Counted from the stretch's first letter, positions 14,034 to 26,570 are shown. The stretch: DNA of 64,000 bases from Eledone cirrhosa (GCA_964016885.1 OZ024740.1:196292001-196356000), one strand, 5' to 3'. A program made the numbers and translations. The notes: generated by a model not told the origin, from the letters alone.

Positions 14034-14100
14034 TATTTTATTATACATATTTCAGAGGTACAGAATTAAGTTCAACAGTACGTCCTCATCAGATAAAATA
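14034..14100 (-). ncRNA. Type I hammerhead ribozyme with intact core
   Basis: TATTTTAT-CTGATGA-GGAcGTAC(16 nt)GTACcTCT-GAAA-TATGTA-TA-ATAAAATA: 8-bp stem I, AUA triplet, self-complementary stem III. Confidence 0.8.
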
Positions 14101-14750
14101 AAATGATACATGACATAGCTTGACATGGTAGATGGTTAAGATTTAATCAAGGTAGTGATTGAGTCCCCCCCCCCCCCCGTGCGGCCATTGGGATTACTCT
14201 CGATAGCTGGGGTTGTATCCACTATGCGTCTGCTACACCTGTCCCTATTCCCCTTACTCGACCCTTATTCCATACTGCGTTCAACGGTAGTTTTAACAGT
14301 TCCACAATTAAGGTTACCATTAGAGTTTCCGCTGGCGTTACGTTGCTCAGACCCCGTGTTAGTACCTGGGTGGTTGTTTCTATTGGTACCAACAGCATTG
14401 GGACTAGGCGGCAATACAACATGAAGTCTATATAAATCCTCCCTCGTATCACGCCTGCTGTTAACTAGAGTGTCACTATTTAGGCCTAAGCTATCGCAGG
14501 CAGTGTTGCTTCTACTATTTAATGGACGGTTGAATGAGATTCCCTCGCTATGCCTCGCGCGTTCCAGGGCGCTATTATAGTAATTCGAGATCTTATTAAA
14601 GGTATCTTCATTAGAAGATAGTCCTGAAATTCTACTAGAGACGCTTTTTGTAATACCGTTAGTGACTATTCTAGGGTGGTTCGATTTTGCGTTGAACCAC
14701 CCTAGAATAGGCGGGATACGAGGGAGGATTTATATAGACTTCATGTTGTA

Positions 14751-15968
14751 TTGCCGCCTAGTCCCAATGCTGTTGGTACCAATAGAAACAACCACCCAGG
14801 TACTAACACGGGGTCTGAGCAACGTAACGCCAGCGGAAACTCTAATGGTAACCTTAATTGTGGAACTGATAAAACTACTGTTGAACGCAGTATGGAACGA
14901 GGGTCGAGTAAGGGGAATAGGGACAGGTGTAGCAGACGCATAGTGGATACAACCCCGGCTATCGAGGGTAATCCCAATGCCTGCACGGGGGGGGGGGGTA
15001 CACCGCCCTGGAGATTTGGGACGATTCAGAACACAATCGTGACACCCCAGGACATCATCGGCCCACAGGCAATTTCCAGTTACAATAGACCAGTAACTAC
15101 TAGGGAGACAGGTAATTCTAATATAGTTAGTAAGAATAAGAGGCATCGGACCAGAAAAGTCCTGTGGTATAATCCCCCTTACTCCACTGGCCTGACCACT
15201 AGTATAGCTAAGCTTTTCTTTAGGGCCTTAGACAAATGCTTCCCTAGATCGCACAGGTATTATAAAATATTCAATAGAAATACCATCAAGCTGTTCTACT
15301 CCACAACTTGTAACATAGCTCAGAATATAGCTAAGATGAATTATAGTAGACTTAGGACAGCCCATGAGGGAATTAGGCATGGCAGGAACAATGGCAGCTC
15401 TTTTGAGGAACTGACTCATACACGTGAAGCGAGTTGGGTCTCCCCAACACCAGGGAATTTACCCATAGAGCAGACGGGAACCGAGACCCAACCCCAAAGG
15501 TACCGTGGTCCATCTGGAACTACCCAGGTTGATAGCAAAAAATGTAACTGCAGAAGCACCGCCACCTGCCCCATGGCTGGGAAATGCCTTACCAAAAACA
15601 TAGTCTACGACTGTAAGGTCTCCACTCATGATAGAACCTTTAGGTATGTTGGGGCAACTGCCACGGAATTTAAGAATAGATGGTATAATCACCGCCATAC
15701 CTTTAATAGATTAGATTTAAAAAATAGCACAGCACTTTCTGAATTAGTCTGGAAGCTTAAACACCAGAATATAGAGCACTCCTTATCCTGGTCTATAGTT
15801 TGCTCAGCCCAACTTTATAACGGCAGCACTGGCGTTTGCAATTTATGTATAGCTGAAACTTTTAATATTATTAGAGGCGGCTCCCTATTAATTAATAGGA
15901 GAGCAGATTTTTTCAGTAACTGCCAACATAGATCCTCGAAAACCTTCCGCAGGATTTTTGGAAGGTAA
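14751..15968 (+). CDS. Penelope-like (Nematis-type) linker plus GIY-YIG endonuclease, open but 5'-truncated
   Basis: RKVLWYNPPYS...DKCFPRSH..KIFNRNTIKL.YS; CNCR....CPMAGKC....IVY...YVG.T..EFKNRWYNH...CNLCIAE...CQH. Confidence 0.88.
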   Translation: MPPSPNAVGTNRNNHPGTNTGSEQRNASGNSNGNLNCGTDKTTVERSMERGSSKGNRDRCSRRIVDTTPAIEGNPNACTGGGGTPPWRFGTIQNTIVTPQDIIGPQAISSYNRPVTTRETGNSNIVSKNKRHRTRKVLWYNPPYSTGLTTSIAKLFFRALDKCFPRSHRYYKIFNRNTIKLFYSTTCNIAQNIAKMNYSRLRTAHEGIRHGRNNGSSFEELTHTREASWVSPTPGNLPIEQTGTETQPQRYRGPSGTTQVDSKKCNCRSTATCPMAGKCLTKNIVYDCKVSTHDRTFRYVGATATEFKNRWYNHRHTFNRLDLKNSTALSELVWKLKHQNIEHSLSWSIVCSAQLYNGSTGVCNLCIAETFNIIRGGSLLINRRADFFSNCQHRSSKTFRRIFGR

Positions 15969-17402
15969 CCTACCACTAACTCCTCCCTCTCTACTTTAGC
16001 CATAGAGTTCTCTCAATAAACAGACAGTCATACACTCAGGTAGTTAGACGGTTAAGATTGTTTGCACACTTACAAATGATACTCGGCCTGTTTCCACGGG
16101 GTTCTCACAGCTGAGTGCACTGTTTTAGAATACCTAGCTAGTAAATAGTTGGATTGATTACACACTGAGTATACCTAGTTAGTAATTGATTGCACACTAG
16201 GACATGACCAATTACGTGCACCTACCTTTACTTTAAGATACCCTAACCATTGAGTTCTCTCAGTTGGGATATAGCTAGTCGTATTACACATTTAGTTAGG
16301 ACCGATTACGCTCTCTATACATAACTCTACACACAGTACCCGTTTCCTTTAGACATTGACCTCCCACAATTACGACTGTCACGTTCCTACCGACTGAACA
16401 CTACACTAGGTTTTGATCCGTGATCATCTAACCATGGAGGACTCACTGTTACGGATTGAACAATAATACTGACACACCATTAATGGGCCTACACACATCC
16501 TTTGGATTTTACTATCCTGTGCTTTTTTTAAATTCACCTTCTGTGTTGGATAACACACCTCCACCACTCAAACAACTATCTTAAAAGCTCATCGGCCCAT
16601 ATGACGGGAAATCGCACTTATGGACACATTTACCCAATACCCAACCCTACACGGAGCCCTTTGCTGGCCTACATTGCGGCTGCTTGCACGCATGGATTTG
16701 GTGACTCGGATTCTCAATGGGACAGCGGTACATACTGAGTTCGATATGAGCTGATTGCTTGCTCTTCACATGGATGTGTATATACCCGGACATACCCTTT
16801 TTTGGATGATTTGGATGTGTGTATACCATAACATACACTTGAAGATATGGATGTTACAATTCAATCTATACACGTATAGCAGAACACTGAACTTACTTGC
16901 TTGTGTGTGTGTGTGTGTGTGTGTGTGTATGGGGCGTTGGTTAACCTAATATTTCCAATTTACATCATCAAATTGAGATTTGACCAATATAGCTTCTGTT
17001 GTTTTGTGAACTAACTTTCGGTGAGTGCTGTGTTGCTACATTCTTATATTTGTTTATTTGTTTTTTCTCGGACATCACTTCGGTGTGTGTACCCACCCAC
17101 ACTAACTCTACAGGTTTAATACTGTGTTGATGTGTGTATATATATGTATATATTTTTCTTTGACCTCGAGCCGGTGTATGTGTGTGTACCCACTCACATT
17201 AACTGTGACTGACTGTATCCCTACAGATTGATGTCCAGCGTCTTTTGCAGCGATAGAAATCTGAAAACTTTTATGAACTCAACTGAAGTTAATAGCAGTC
17301 GCCGTGTCTCTGACTGGTGTGTCTTCATATGAGGGAATGAATTCTGTGAGAGAACATCGTTATTTTTCTCCCTCATATCAAGAATTTGAAGACAATTCAG
17401 TT

Positions 17403-17476
17403 TCACCTGATGAGATCAGTGATAATCGATCATGGCTTCACAATCGATCTATCTCTTATTGAAATATGTGTTGTGA
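17403..17476 (+). ncRNA. Type I hammerhead motif with extended stem II
   Basis: TCAC-CTGATGA-GAT..GATA-ATCGAT(12 nt)ATCGAT-cTATC..ATT-GAAA-TATGTG-TT-GTGA at the 3' end of the PLE. Confidence 0.68.
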
Positions 17477-18735
17477 TTAAATGATTGGAATTTTACCATG
17501 CCTTCAGATTTTCATTTTGATCCAGCACTCACTGTAAATGAGGTTGGTGTTAGGAAGGGCATCCATCTGTAGAAATCAAGCCAGAATCAGTTCCCGTCCC
17601 ACCCTTGCAAGCAGGGAAAAGCGGACGTAAAATGATGATAATGATGATGATGATGATTTATATATATATATATAAATCTACATACATAGATAAATAGATG
17701 TGTACCAAACACACACACACATTTATTACTCTCTCTGTCCCTCCCTCTTTCTCTCTTCATTTATATATATATGGCGTTGTTGAAAAGAGCAGTGGCTTTT
17801 GACCTGGCAATAAAAACTGGAGACAAAATTCTTTCTGTACCAAAACCAAGGCACACACACACACAAGTTTGAGTGTGTATCTATCTATGTATATATATAA
17901 GGGATACAGATAATGGTTTTTCACTGTCACCAAGCTTCTCAATTCATTCGTTGCTACTAAGTATTTTATTTTGCTATGAGGTATATTATTTTGCAAGGTA
18001 TTATTTTTCCCCTGAGTTTGTGATTTCAGAGAAAGGTGGCGTTTGGCCGAAATGGGTTGAGAACCTTTGCTCTAAATGACAGAACATTGTATATATTAAA
18101 ACAAATATATCTCCACTACTGAGAAATTCAAAACTACTATGTAAACGTTGATTACCTGCCTCTGCTTATTTTTGCCTTCTCAGTCATAAAATAGGGAGTC
18201 AGCTTATATTCAAGCATATGTGGTATACACACAAAAGGACAAGATTTATGTGAATATATATATATGAGGAAGGTCTTTCACTATGTATAATTTAGTTTCC
18301 TGACTTAAAACTTTACTGTACATTACACTTAGTCAAGCAGCTACTATATAAAAAATTTAAATACTTTTACAAGTTAACCATTCGGTCATGCTGTGTCCAA
18401 ACATAACTAAATAGGTACACGCATGGCTGTGGTTATGAAAATCACTGCAATTGTGGGGCTCAAGGTTCAGTATCCCTGTGGGCAAATGTCTTTCGAAGCT
18501 TTGGGAATAGAATTTGGTTAACACAGAAGAAGCCTTTTGTTTGTGTCTGTCTTATAACTTAGCTGATCAATCTCTTATCAAACTTAAAAAAAACCCAAAA
18601 AACTGTGGTCAATATTGACTAAAGGTGGTGCCCCACTATGGCTGCAGCATAACTGAAATAAGCTTAAACAGTAAAATTGTATGAAATAATGATTTCTGAC
18701 CACTACCTTTATACTGTGTCATTTAGTATTTAAAA

Positions 18736-18880
18736 CAGGCATAGGCAACCTTTCTCAAGCAGTGGGCTGCATAGGATGTTTCATCATGTGGCAGGCCACA
18801 CTACCAAAAAATTCAAGGCTGTTTCGAAATTAAGGCATGCTATTTAAAAAGCTAAACAGGGTGCAGTTTGCCAATGACTG
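18736..18880. mobile_element. hAT-like MITE
   Basis: Imperfect TIRs CAGGCATAGGCAACC / GTTTGCCAATGACTG; 8-bp flanks ATTTAAAA / ATTTTAAA. Confidence 0.6.
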
Positions 18881-19654
18881 ATTTTAAAAATAACAGATTA
18901 ATTAATGTAGCTGTGTGTGATTGCAAGCCTATCTATGAATTTGTAAAACAAAAGATTCCTTATCTTTCTTTTCACTGGTTCTTATTACATTTGCCTATTT
19001 TGTAGTAAAGATTCCTCAGATGATTTCAGAAATCAGTTGTAGAAGATGGTCAAGAAAACTAGGGCTTTATGTCATTAGATTCTTAGCATAGATTACAGAC
19101 AAGGGGCATAATGTTGCAAAACAAAGGAAATATCTACTTTAATATTGTAGATATACAATAAAACAAATCTGGAATATAATGTGGCAACACTGGTGGGTTA
19201 GTATTAATTTTCAGCTATGAAGATAACATTCAAACAACATTTAGCATTTTTTTTCTGCTAGCAAACGTTGGATGTGTTATCACAGACTGAGTACTAAAGT
19301 GAAGCTACTGACCTCTGAGATTGGCATTGGGCCTGCATCTGGCTTACATACAATCCTGTGCTCAATATTGATTATAAAGCCTGATATGTGCTAGCAAGAC
19401 CCAATTAAAAAACCAAATCTTCCATTTTAAATAAAGATTGGACACATTAGATTAATGTCCCACTTTTTTCTTGCCCACAGCTCATGCATATTATATCTTA
19501 CCTATAACAATTTGAAAAGGCCAACAGAATAATTCCTTGGCCCACCTGTTACCAAGCCCTGCATTAGATGTTGATCTTAAAATGATGGAATTGATCATGC
19601 CTTTGATCAGAAATGGCCTGGGACTAAACAACAACTACAATATTCAGTAAAGGT

Positions 19655-19660
19655 TTTATT
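19655..19660 (-). promoter_or_regulatory. Candidate RMC1 polyadenylation signal
   Basis: AATAAA on the minus strand about 220 nt after the RMC1 stop. Confidence 0.4.
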
Positions 19661-19877
19661 TCAGAATATGGACTGAATTGTTTTAAATATTAATTTCACT
19701 GTACATTTTAAATTGCATGTTTTTGGCATGTTTCAAACTAGACAGAATAATTTCCAAACTTGAACACCTTGTCTACAATAGATAAGACAATAGTGATCAA
19801 ATACATCAAGTAAATATTGAAGTCTCATAAACCATGCCTAGATTGTTCTTTTTTTTTATATTAGTTCAGGTAAGGAA

Positions 19878-19957
19878 TTAACTGGACTGGACATCACCCA
19901 AAGCCTCGGTACCAAACAGTGACTCAAAATGATGAACATAATGTTCACAATGCTCTC
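19878..19957 (-). CDS. RMC1: Regulator of MON1-CCZ1 (C18orf8/Mic1), terminal coding exon
   Basis: tttttttcag acceptor; (G)EHCEHYVHHFESLFGTEALGDVQSS*, comparable to the human GEHCEEHVAFFKQIFG tail as recalled; phase 1 fits the previous exon. Confidence 0.93.
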
Positions 19958-20296
19958 CTGAAAAAAACAAAACAAAAGAAAATGTCATTAATTTTTAAAT
20001 GCAGAAGAATTTTGCTCAGATAACTTTATAAATAATGGTTTCTGATTTAGGCACAAGGCTAACAATTTTTGGGGATGGGAAAGTGCATTACTGGTAATTT
20101 ATTTTATCAACCCTGTAAAGGATGAAAGGTAAAACTAACCTTGGCGGGATAGGAACTGAGAATATAAAAGGACCTAACTCTATTCTACAAAGCATGTCCG
20201 ACGCTCTACCGATACTGCCAATCTATCACTTTATAAATAATTGTTTCTATCATCTGGCCATATTAGGAATATTAGACATATAAACATATTCCAATC

Positions 20297-20482
20297 AATA
20301 ATTGTTTCTACTTTTGGCACAAGGCCAGCAATTACTCAGTGCATTACTGGTACTTTATTTTATTGACTCCCGTAAGGCTAAAGGCTAGGTTAACTTCAGC
20401 AGGATTTGAACTCAGAATGGGAAGGACTGTAACTCTATGCGTCAAAGCATGCCATCCGACCCCCTACCGATACTGCCAATCC
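20297..20482 (-). mobile_element. tRNA-derived SINE, second family
   Basis: Reverse complement of the 22829-23021 family; older adjacent copies near 20030-20225 and 20510-20640. Confidence 0.85.
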
Positions 20483-21728
20483 GACATGTCACCAAGTCTC
20501 ATTTAAGTGAGGGGTATAGTTGATTATATTGACCCAGTACTTGATTGGTACTTTATTTTATTGACTTTGGTGGGATTTGAAATTAGAGTGTAAAGAGTTG
20601 TAACTATATACTGCAAGGTATTTTGTCTGACACTTTTATAGTTATGGTATTCATCCAATACTACAAGTTAATAATTTGTAGGTATATCGCATTAAACTGC
20701 ATATAACACAGGCAATATATAAATTAAACTGCATATAACTTATTGGTTCCTGCACTGGCTTGTCCATTATGTAATGTAGACTGGGTGGAGCAACTGCCCT
20801 TCCATAATCTCACTGCTCAGCACCATGGGCACATGTATTTACCATAAGTATGGGTTGACCAATATTTTGTAAGTAGAATTTGATAGAAAACTACAGAAAC
20901 TCATTATAGATAGATACATAAGCTGAAAAATGTAAACAATGGCTAGAAAAACAGGCTTTTTGTGACATGTATGCTGTGCTGAATTACAGATACTACCTTG
21001 CCATTCACATTATCAGAAATGCAGTGAATCCGTGATTGGCCAGTTACTATTGTTGACCAATTATAATCATCATCATTGTTTTATGTCCATTTTTCCATGC
21101 TAGCATGGGTTAAGCGAGTTCTGTTGTGGGCAATGTTAGGTCAAGTGACCATATCTTGCTCATTCAGAACTAATTTTGGCTTGATTTCTACAGCTGGATG
21201 CCCTTTATAACGCCAACTTCATTTACAGTGTGGACTGGGTGCTTTTTATTGTGAAACTTACACAACCACTTTACAGTGTAAACTGGGTGCTTTTTGTTGT
21301 GACACCTACATGACCACTTTACAGTGTGGGCTGGGTGCTTTTTTATCATGTCACCATCACGACCACTTTAATATTGAGTAAAAAAAAAAAATTGTTTTTT
21401 GAAAGATGTAGTTTTCATTTTCCTTTTCTTTTAAACAATTAACAAGATCACAGATCTCAATCACTTACTGAGTGGGGTGGAACTCATCAAACAGAGTCTG
21501 CATTGTTCTTTCTATTGCTATTACTATCTATTAGTCGCAATACCTGGCAGGAGGAGCCACATGAAATAAAGTGTCTTGCTCAAGGACATAACACAATCAC
21601 TCAATCCAGGAATCAAACTCACAATCTCACAATTGTGGATGTTTGCAACAAATATGCTTAAAATACTGTTAGATGATGGTTTAATCAGAATGTGATCATA
21701 AAATGTTCAGAGATTTTTTACTATGTAC

Positions 21729-21883
21729 CTGAAGGGAATTTGGGAGAACCTCGGAGACGAATATTTCGCTGCTCAAAGAATTTGAATACTGTATAAAAAA
21801 GCATTTGGTCATCACAGTTGAGTGCGGCTTCAAGAAATTTGCGAGCAGAAACTGTATCAATAATAGCAATACTGCGAATGAAT
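21729..21883 (-). CDS. RMC1: RMC1 coding exon (155 nt)
   Basis: (R)FIRSIAIIDTVSARKFLEAALNCDDQMLFYTVFKFFEQRNIRLRGSPKFPS(G); tag acceptor and gtacat donor. Confidence 0.95.
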
Positions 21884-22828
21884 CTATAAAGAAAAAAAAT
21901 ATAATACATTAAGACAAACAAATATGAATTAAATTATCAGAAGTCACCAAGAAATGAGGGTGTGGGGGCAGGATTAGGGTTGGATCATCTCTGAATAATT
22001 TGATGTCATGTAGAGTACATAGAGCAGATCTGCTGGCCAGGATCTCATCCTTTCTTCCAATCCAAACTATACACAGAAAAGTAGGTAGAGGTAGGGCTCT
22101 AACTCAGTGAAGAACTTATCAATTATATATAACATTGCTGGTACTTAACCCTTTTCAAAAAAACGCACCTGAGACATGATATCTTGTTTTTTAGTGTTCA
22201 TTGTAATTTTATATAAGAAACTTTGGTTAAATTGTGTTCTGAATATGAGCTTCATGTACCAATAATTAAATGAAATTAATTCTATGAAATCACTGAAACA
22301 TTTTGATTATTTTCAAAATTTAATTGAAACACATAAACTGTGCAATTCATTAGCAATAAGACCAGAAAAAAGTTAAGGTGACGAATTGGACATAATCATA
22401 ACATTTATTTACAGGTGAATGCTTGGAGTTTGTGTTAGGAAGGGCTTCCAGTCATAGAAACCAAGCCAAAATCAATTCTGTGCAAGCGAAACACGGTCCT
22501 CCAACCTGATCTCTCACAAAGGGACAGCCCATCCTACCCATGCTAGCGTGGAAAATAGACGTTAAATGATGATGATGATGATAATAAGAGATTGGGCAAC
22601 ACATACAGCAACAAAGTCTAAATCTGTGATGAAATGTTATCAATCAATCCTTCCATGGTACTACAGTGACCTATCAATTGGTAGCACTTAATAAGGGATC
22701 TTAGTTGGTTCTAATAGTTGATTCCTCTCACTTGTATTATTGTCTTCATACTCTGAGGCATCAAATATGATCTGTTTACTGTTAAACAGGGTCTAGGGCT
22801 GAATTAACAAACATTATTGCTTGGAATA

Positions 22829-23021
22829 AGGGCGGTGGATTGGCAGTATCGGTAGAGGATCGAACACCATGCTTTGACGCATAGAGTTACGGCCCTTGTC
22901 ATTCTGAGTTCAAATCCCGCTGAAGTTAACTTTGTCTTCATCCTTATGGGGTCGATAAAATAAAGTACCAGTAATGCACTGGGTAATTGCTGGCCTTGTG
23001 CCAAAAGTAGAAACAATTATT
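22829..23021 (+). mobile_element. tRNA-derived SINE, second family (central motif resembles the MetaSINE domain)
   Basis: TGGCAGTATCGG A box, GAGTTCAAATCCC B box, CTTCATCCTTATGGGGTCGATAAAATAAAGTACCAG core, AT-rich tail. Other copies near 25730-25945, 31938-32130, 38676-38867, 41638-41828, 55292-55415 and 60145-60368. Confidence 0.85.
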
Positions 23022-23880
23022 GATTGGAATATGTTTATATGTCTAATATTCCTAATATGGCCAGATGATTAAACTGAACTCACAATTTTACTATTTTATT
23101 TCATCAACGCCGGAAGGGTTAAAGGCAAAGTTGACTTTGTAAACGGACGTCATTAGATAATGTTAGATATTTGTCTGGCACTATATCAATCCTTTACAGG
23201 AGGAGTTACGCCCCCTGTTCAAATTAGCAACTGAAAAACGAAGTCGCAGTGATGATGGTATTAATACCATCTACTACCTTCAGTGGTGCTGCTGATAATA
23301 ATTTACATTAGCAGAAAATCACGTATATGTGAGGTCAGTGTTGATTGAATAAACTCTTACTATAATTACTGGTGTTTTTTAATCAACCACAGAGTGATAA
23401 AAGACAAAGTTGATATCAGTATGATTTATACTCAGGTACAACTACAGCTGGATATCATAATGATATTTTGTAAAGTACTAAATCTAAATTTCTCAGATAA
23501 GTTGTTATAGATAAGATTATAATTTATTTTACTATTAAACTTTAAAAAAAATGTTATCTACATCTACACTGTTTTGATATGAGAGACTTATGTTATAAAA
23601 ACGTTATTAATCTTGGTTTAGAAATAAAGATAATTAATTCAAACTAAACCTGGGGCTACATACACATCTAGGAATGAAACAGCGGATGATTGGGATCAGA
23701 GATAGTGTCTGCTCAATCAAGACTGATTTAGGACCAAACAGTAACAACAAAAAAATTATATAACTGGCAAGTTATTTTATTAGCTAAACGTTCTGAAGTC
23801 AATTCATCTAATAACAAAAGGTAATAATTATAATAGATTAGAGTAATTGAGATACCTCTCAAGAGTTGAATTTAATCTGA

Positions 23881-23911
<31 letters not shown>

Positions 23912-23977
23912 AACTGGGGCAATGGATAAAAGTAAATTACAATATAGACCAAATTCTCAGTTAGCTTTATTACTCAC

Positions 23978-24048
23978 CTAAGAGCTGGCAGCAGTTGTTG
24001 TTTCGAAAGCAGAACTTCAATGATTTCTTCATTAGCTGTTGATAATCT
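23978..24048 (-). CDS. RMC1: RMC1 coding exon (71 nt)
   Basis: RLSTANEEIIEVLLSKQQLLPAL(R); cag acceptor and gtgagt donor. Confidence 0.95.
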
Positions 24049-24279
24049 CTGCAGGAAAAAGAAAAGGTTTGTAAAAAAAAATGAATTAATTAATATCTAA
24101 GCCCAGTGCTTACTCTGGTTTCCATAGTGTTAAGCGATTGAGAGTTCAAGACTCATCCTTGGACAGAATGCTCCTAGCTACTGCTGGTACTGTCCTTTGA
24201 GCACATGGAACTGATGTACACCCAGAGTAATTATTCAGAAGTTTTTATCTCCTTTCAAGATGTTATTTTCATGGTTGAG

Positions 24280-24340
<61 letters not shown>

Positions 24341-24890
24341 ATGCCTCTATCCCACTGTTAAAAATTAACAGTGGTGATTAATATCTTCCTAATTTTGATG
24401 TGGACCTCTGCAAGTGTCCAACATAGTATCACAAATCTTAGTATTAGAACTGACACTGTAAAATGTGTCATGGGATATGGTTGTATTAAATGCAGGTAAC
24501 TCTGAAGTCCATACCATTGAAGTCTGTTGCTTTAGCTTTACTCACAGTACCATTATATGCAGCATTCCCACCAATTTTGAAATACTTGTTGCATTCATCA
24601 TTAAAAATAGAGGAGATAGATAGCCATTGATATACCTATCCCATGTTTCCATGTCTGGTCAAGAATCATTCTTTTATTGGTTAAAGGTTTTCGGTCCTTG
24701 TGGTCAATAAAGAAATAATTTTTCCATTGGTTACCAAATATGAAAACTTATCCTGATCAAACTATATGTTTGTACCCTGTGATGATGTTTTGACCAGCTA
24801 TAATAGTCTCTTGATGCTGTGAATAGGTCACTGTATGTTATTAGTGTGTGTAAACGGATGCCTAAAAGAATATCCAGTCATAAGACTTAC

Positions 24891-24959
24891 CTTCATCATA
24901 TCTAGTGCCAGTTGGTGAGCTGGAGTATAAACACTTTCAAGTGACAACATTAGACAGGC
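24891..24959 (-). CDS. RMC1: RMC1 coding exon (69 nt)
   Basis: ACLMLSLESVYTPAHQLALDMMK; cag acceptor and gtaagt donor. Confidence 0.95.
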
Positions 24960-25014
24960 CTGAAATAGGGATAGAGAATAGTCACCATATGTATGGAATT
25001 TACACATTTCATTG

Positions 25015-25239
25015 AAGAGAGAGAGAGAGTGAAGAGAGAGATGAGAGGGGAAGGAGAGAGATGAGAGGGGAAGGAGAGAGATGAGAGGGGAAGGGGAGAG
25101 ATGACAGAGAGAGGGAGGGAGAGGATAGATAGAGACAGAGGAGAGAGGGGGAGAGATAGAGACAGAGAGGGGGAATAAGGAGGAGAAGAGAGAGAAGGGG
25201 GAAGAAGGATGAAAGAGGGAAAAAGGAGAGAGAGAGAGA
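25015..25239. repeat. Purine-rich (GA)-type low-complexity tract in an RMC1 intron
   Basis: Includes a 20-bp unit ATGAGAGGGGAAGGAGAGAG in about three copies. Confidence 0.9.
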
Positions 25240-25249
25240 CTTAACTTAC

Positions 25250-25354
25250 TAAAGGTTTGGAATCTGTAAGCACATGGTACTGTAAAAACTGGTGCAACTG
25301 GTAGAAACAGTTGTGATTGACCAATATGTTAATAACAAGTTCATAGAGATAGTG
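25250..25354 (-). CDS. RMC1: RMC1 coding exon (105 nt)
   Basis: HYLYELVINILVNHNCFYQLHQFLQYHVLTDSKPL; cag acceptor and gtaagt donor. Confidence 0.95.
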
Positions 25355-26570
25355 CTGAAACAGACAGAAAGCAATGTAGAGATAGATAAGTATGGAAGTA
25401 AGGTGGAGTTAAATGGAAATAATCTAGACATGCCATCTGCATGAATTACAATAGTCAAGTTATCATCATCATCATCAGCAGCAGCATCATCTTTACATCC
25501 ATGCTGACATGGGTTGATAAGAATTTTTGAGGCAGTATTTCCTGGCTGGACTCATTTCATGATGGTAACCCTTACTTTTTAAGTATATATTTATTCTACT
25601 GGTCTTTCACCCATGAAACTGCTAAGCAGTGTGACATAAGCAAATGGTACAGTTTATTTAAGAAATGTCAATGTCAAATACACACACAAGGCACTAGTTA
25701 GCCTGAAGTTATATTAGAAGACACTTCAAGGATGGGGGATTGGTAGTATTGGCAGAGCAACAGACACCATGCTTTGTGGCATAGGGTTACAGCCAGTTAC
25801 ATTTTGATTTCAAATCCCACCGAGGTTAGATTTGCTTTTCATCCTTATGGGGTCGATAAAATAAAGTACCAGTAATGTACTGGGATCGATTAAATGAATC
25901 TCTCCTCCCTCAAAATTGTTGGCCTTCTGCCTAAATCAGAAGCCATACTAAAAGACACTTGTTCAAGGTGTCATGCAGTAGGAACAAATCCAAATCATGA
26001 AATTCTTAACCATACAACAATGCATGCCCCTCAGTGCACACATTTAATGCAGAGAGTACTACAAAGGTGACAAGAAATAATGATGCCATGAGAAAAAACA
26101 TAAAACAAAATAAAACAATTTTTATATCTACAATTCCACCAAATTCTTTGTTTTACTGTTCGTGCATATGTATATGATGTATTTCTTGGTGCTCTCACCT
26201 GTGAACAACCTACATATAATTGTCCACAGGTAAAAAGCAATTCTCTTGTATTCAATCCTATAAAGTTGTAGTGCACCTGAGCACTTTACACAATAATTTC
26301 ATTATTATCATTATTATTATAACTTTGAAACTCTGAGCCTGAGCTTTATGTACGGTCATAGCAAAACTGGCTCTAATAGGAAATGGAAATCTTGAGAATT
26401 TGAATGGCAGCTCAGTAGAGGAATCTTGGGAATAAATGCATTTTCTCCTTGACATTAAATACTACTACAACAGTGCAACTGCTTTCTACAGGTGTAAAAT
26501 ATTAAATGAAAAAATGTATGGAGTAAGAAAGGCTTCAGAATGTTAAAAGTATATTCAAATGATATTATAC

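Larger units (their letters stand above)
13990..17521 (+). mobile_element. 5'-truncated Penelope-like element (Nematis-type) with an inverted 5' segment
   Basis: About 14165-14450 is the reverse complement of about 14716-14998; the minus-strand piece also encodes RT-thumb NAKSNHP...SVSSRISGLSSNEDTFNKISNYYNSAL; hammerhead motifs near both ends. Confidence 0.87.

Noticed and set aside
26199-26257. Possible 59-nt poison exon in an RMC1 intron (tttatag|GATTGA...CAG|gtgaga)
   Set aside because: Weak pyrimidine tract next to a CR1 tail fragment; such sites arise by chance and there is no transcript evidence.
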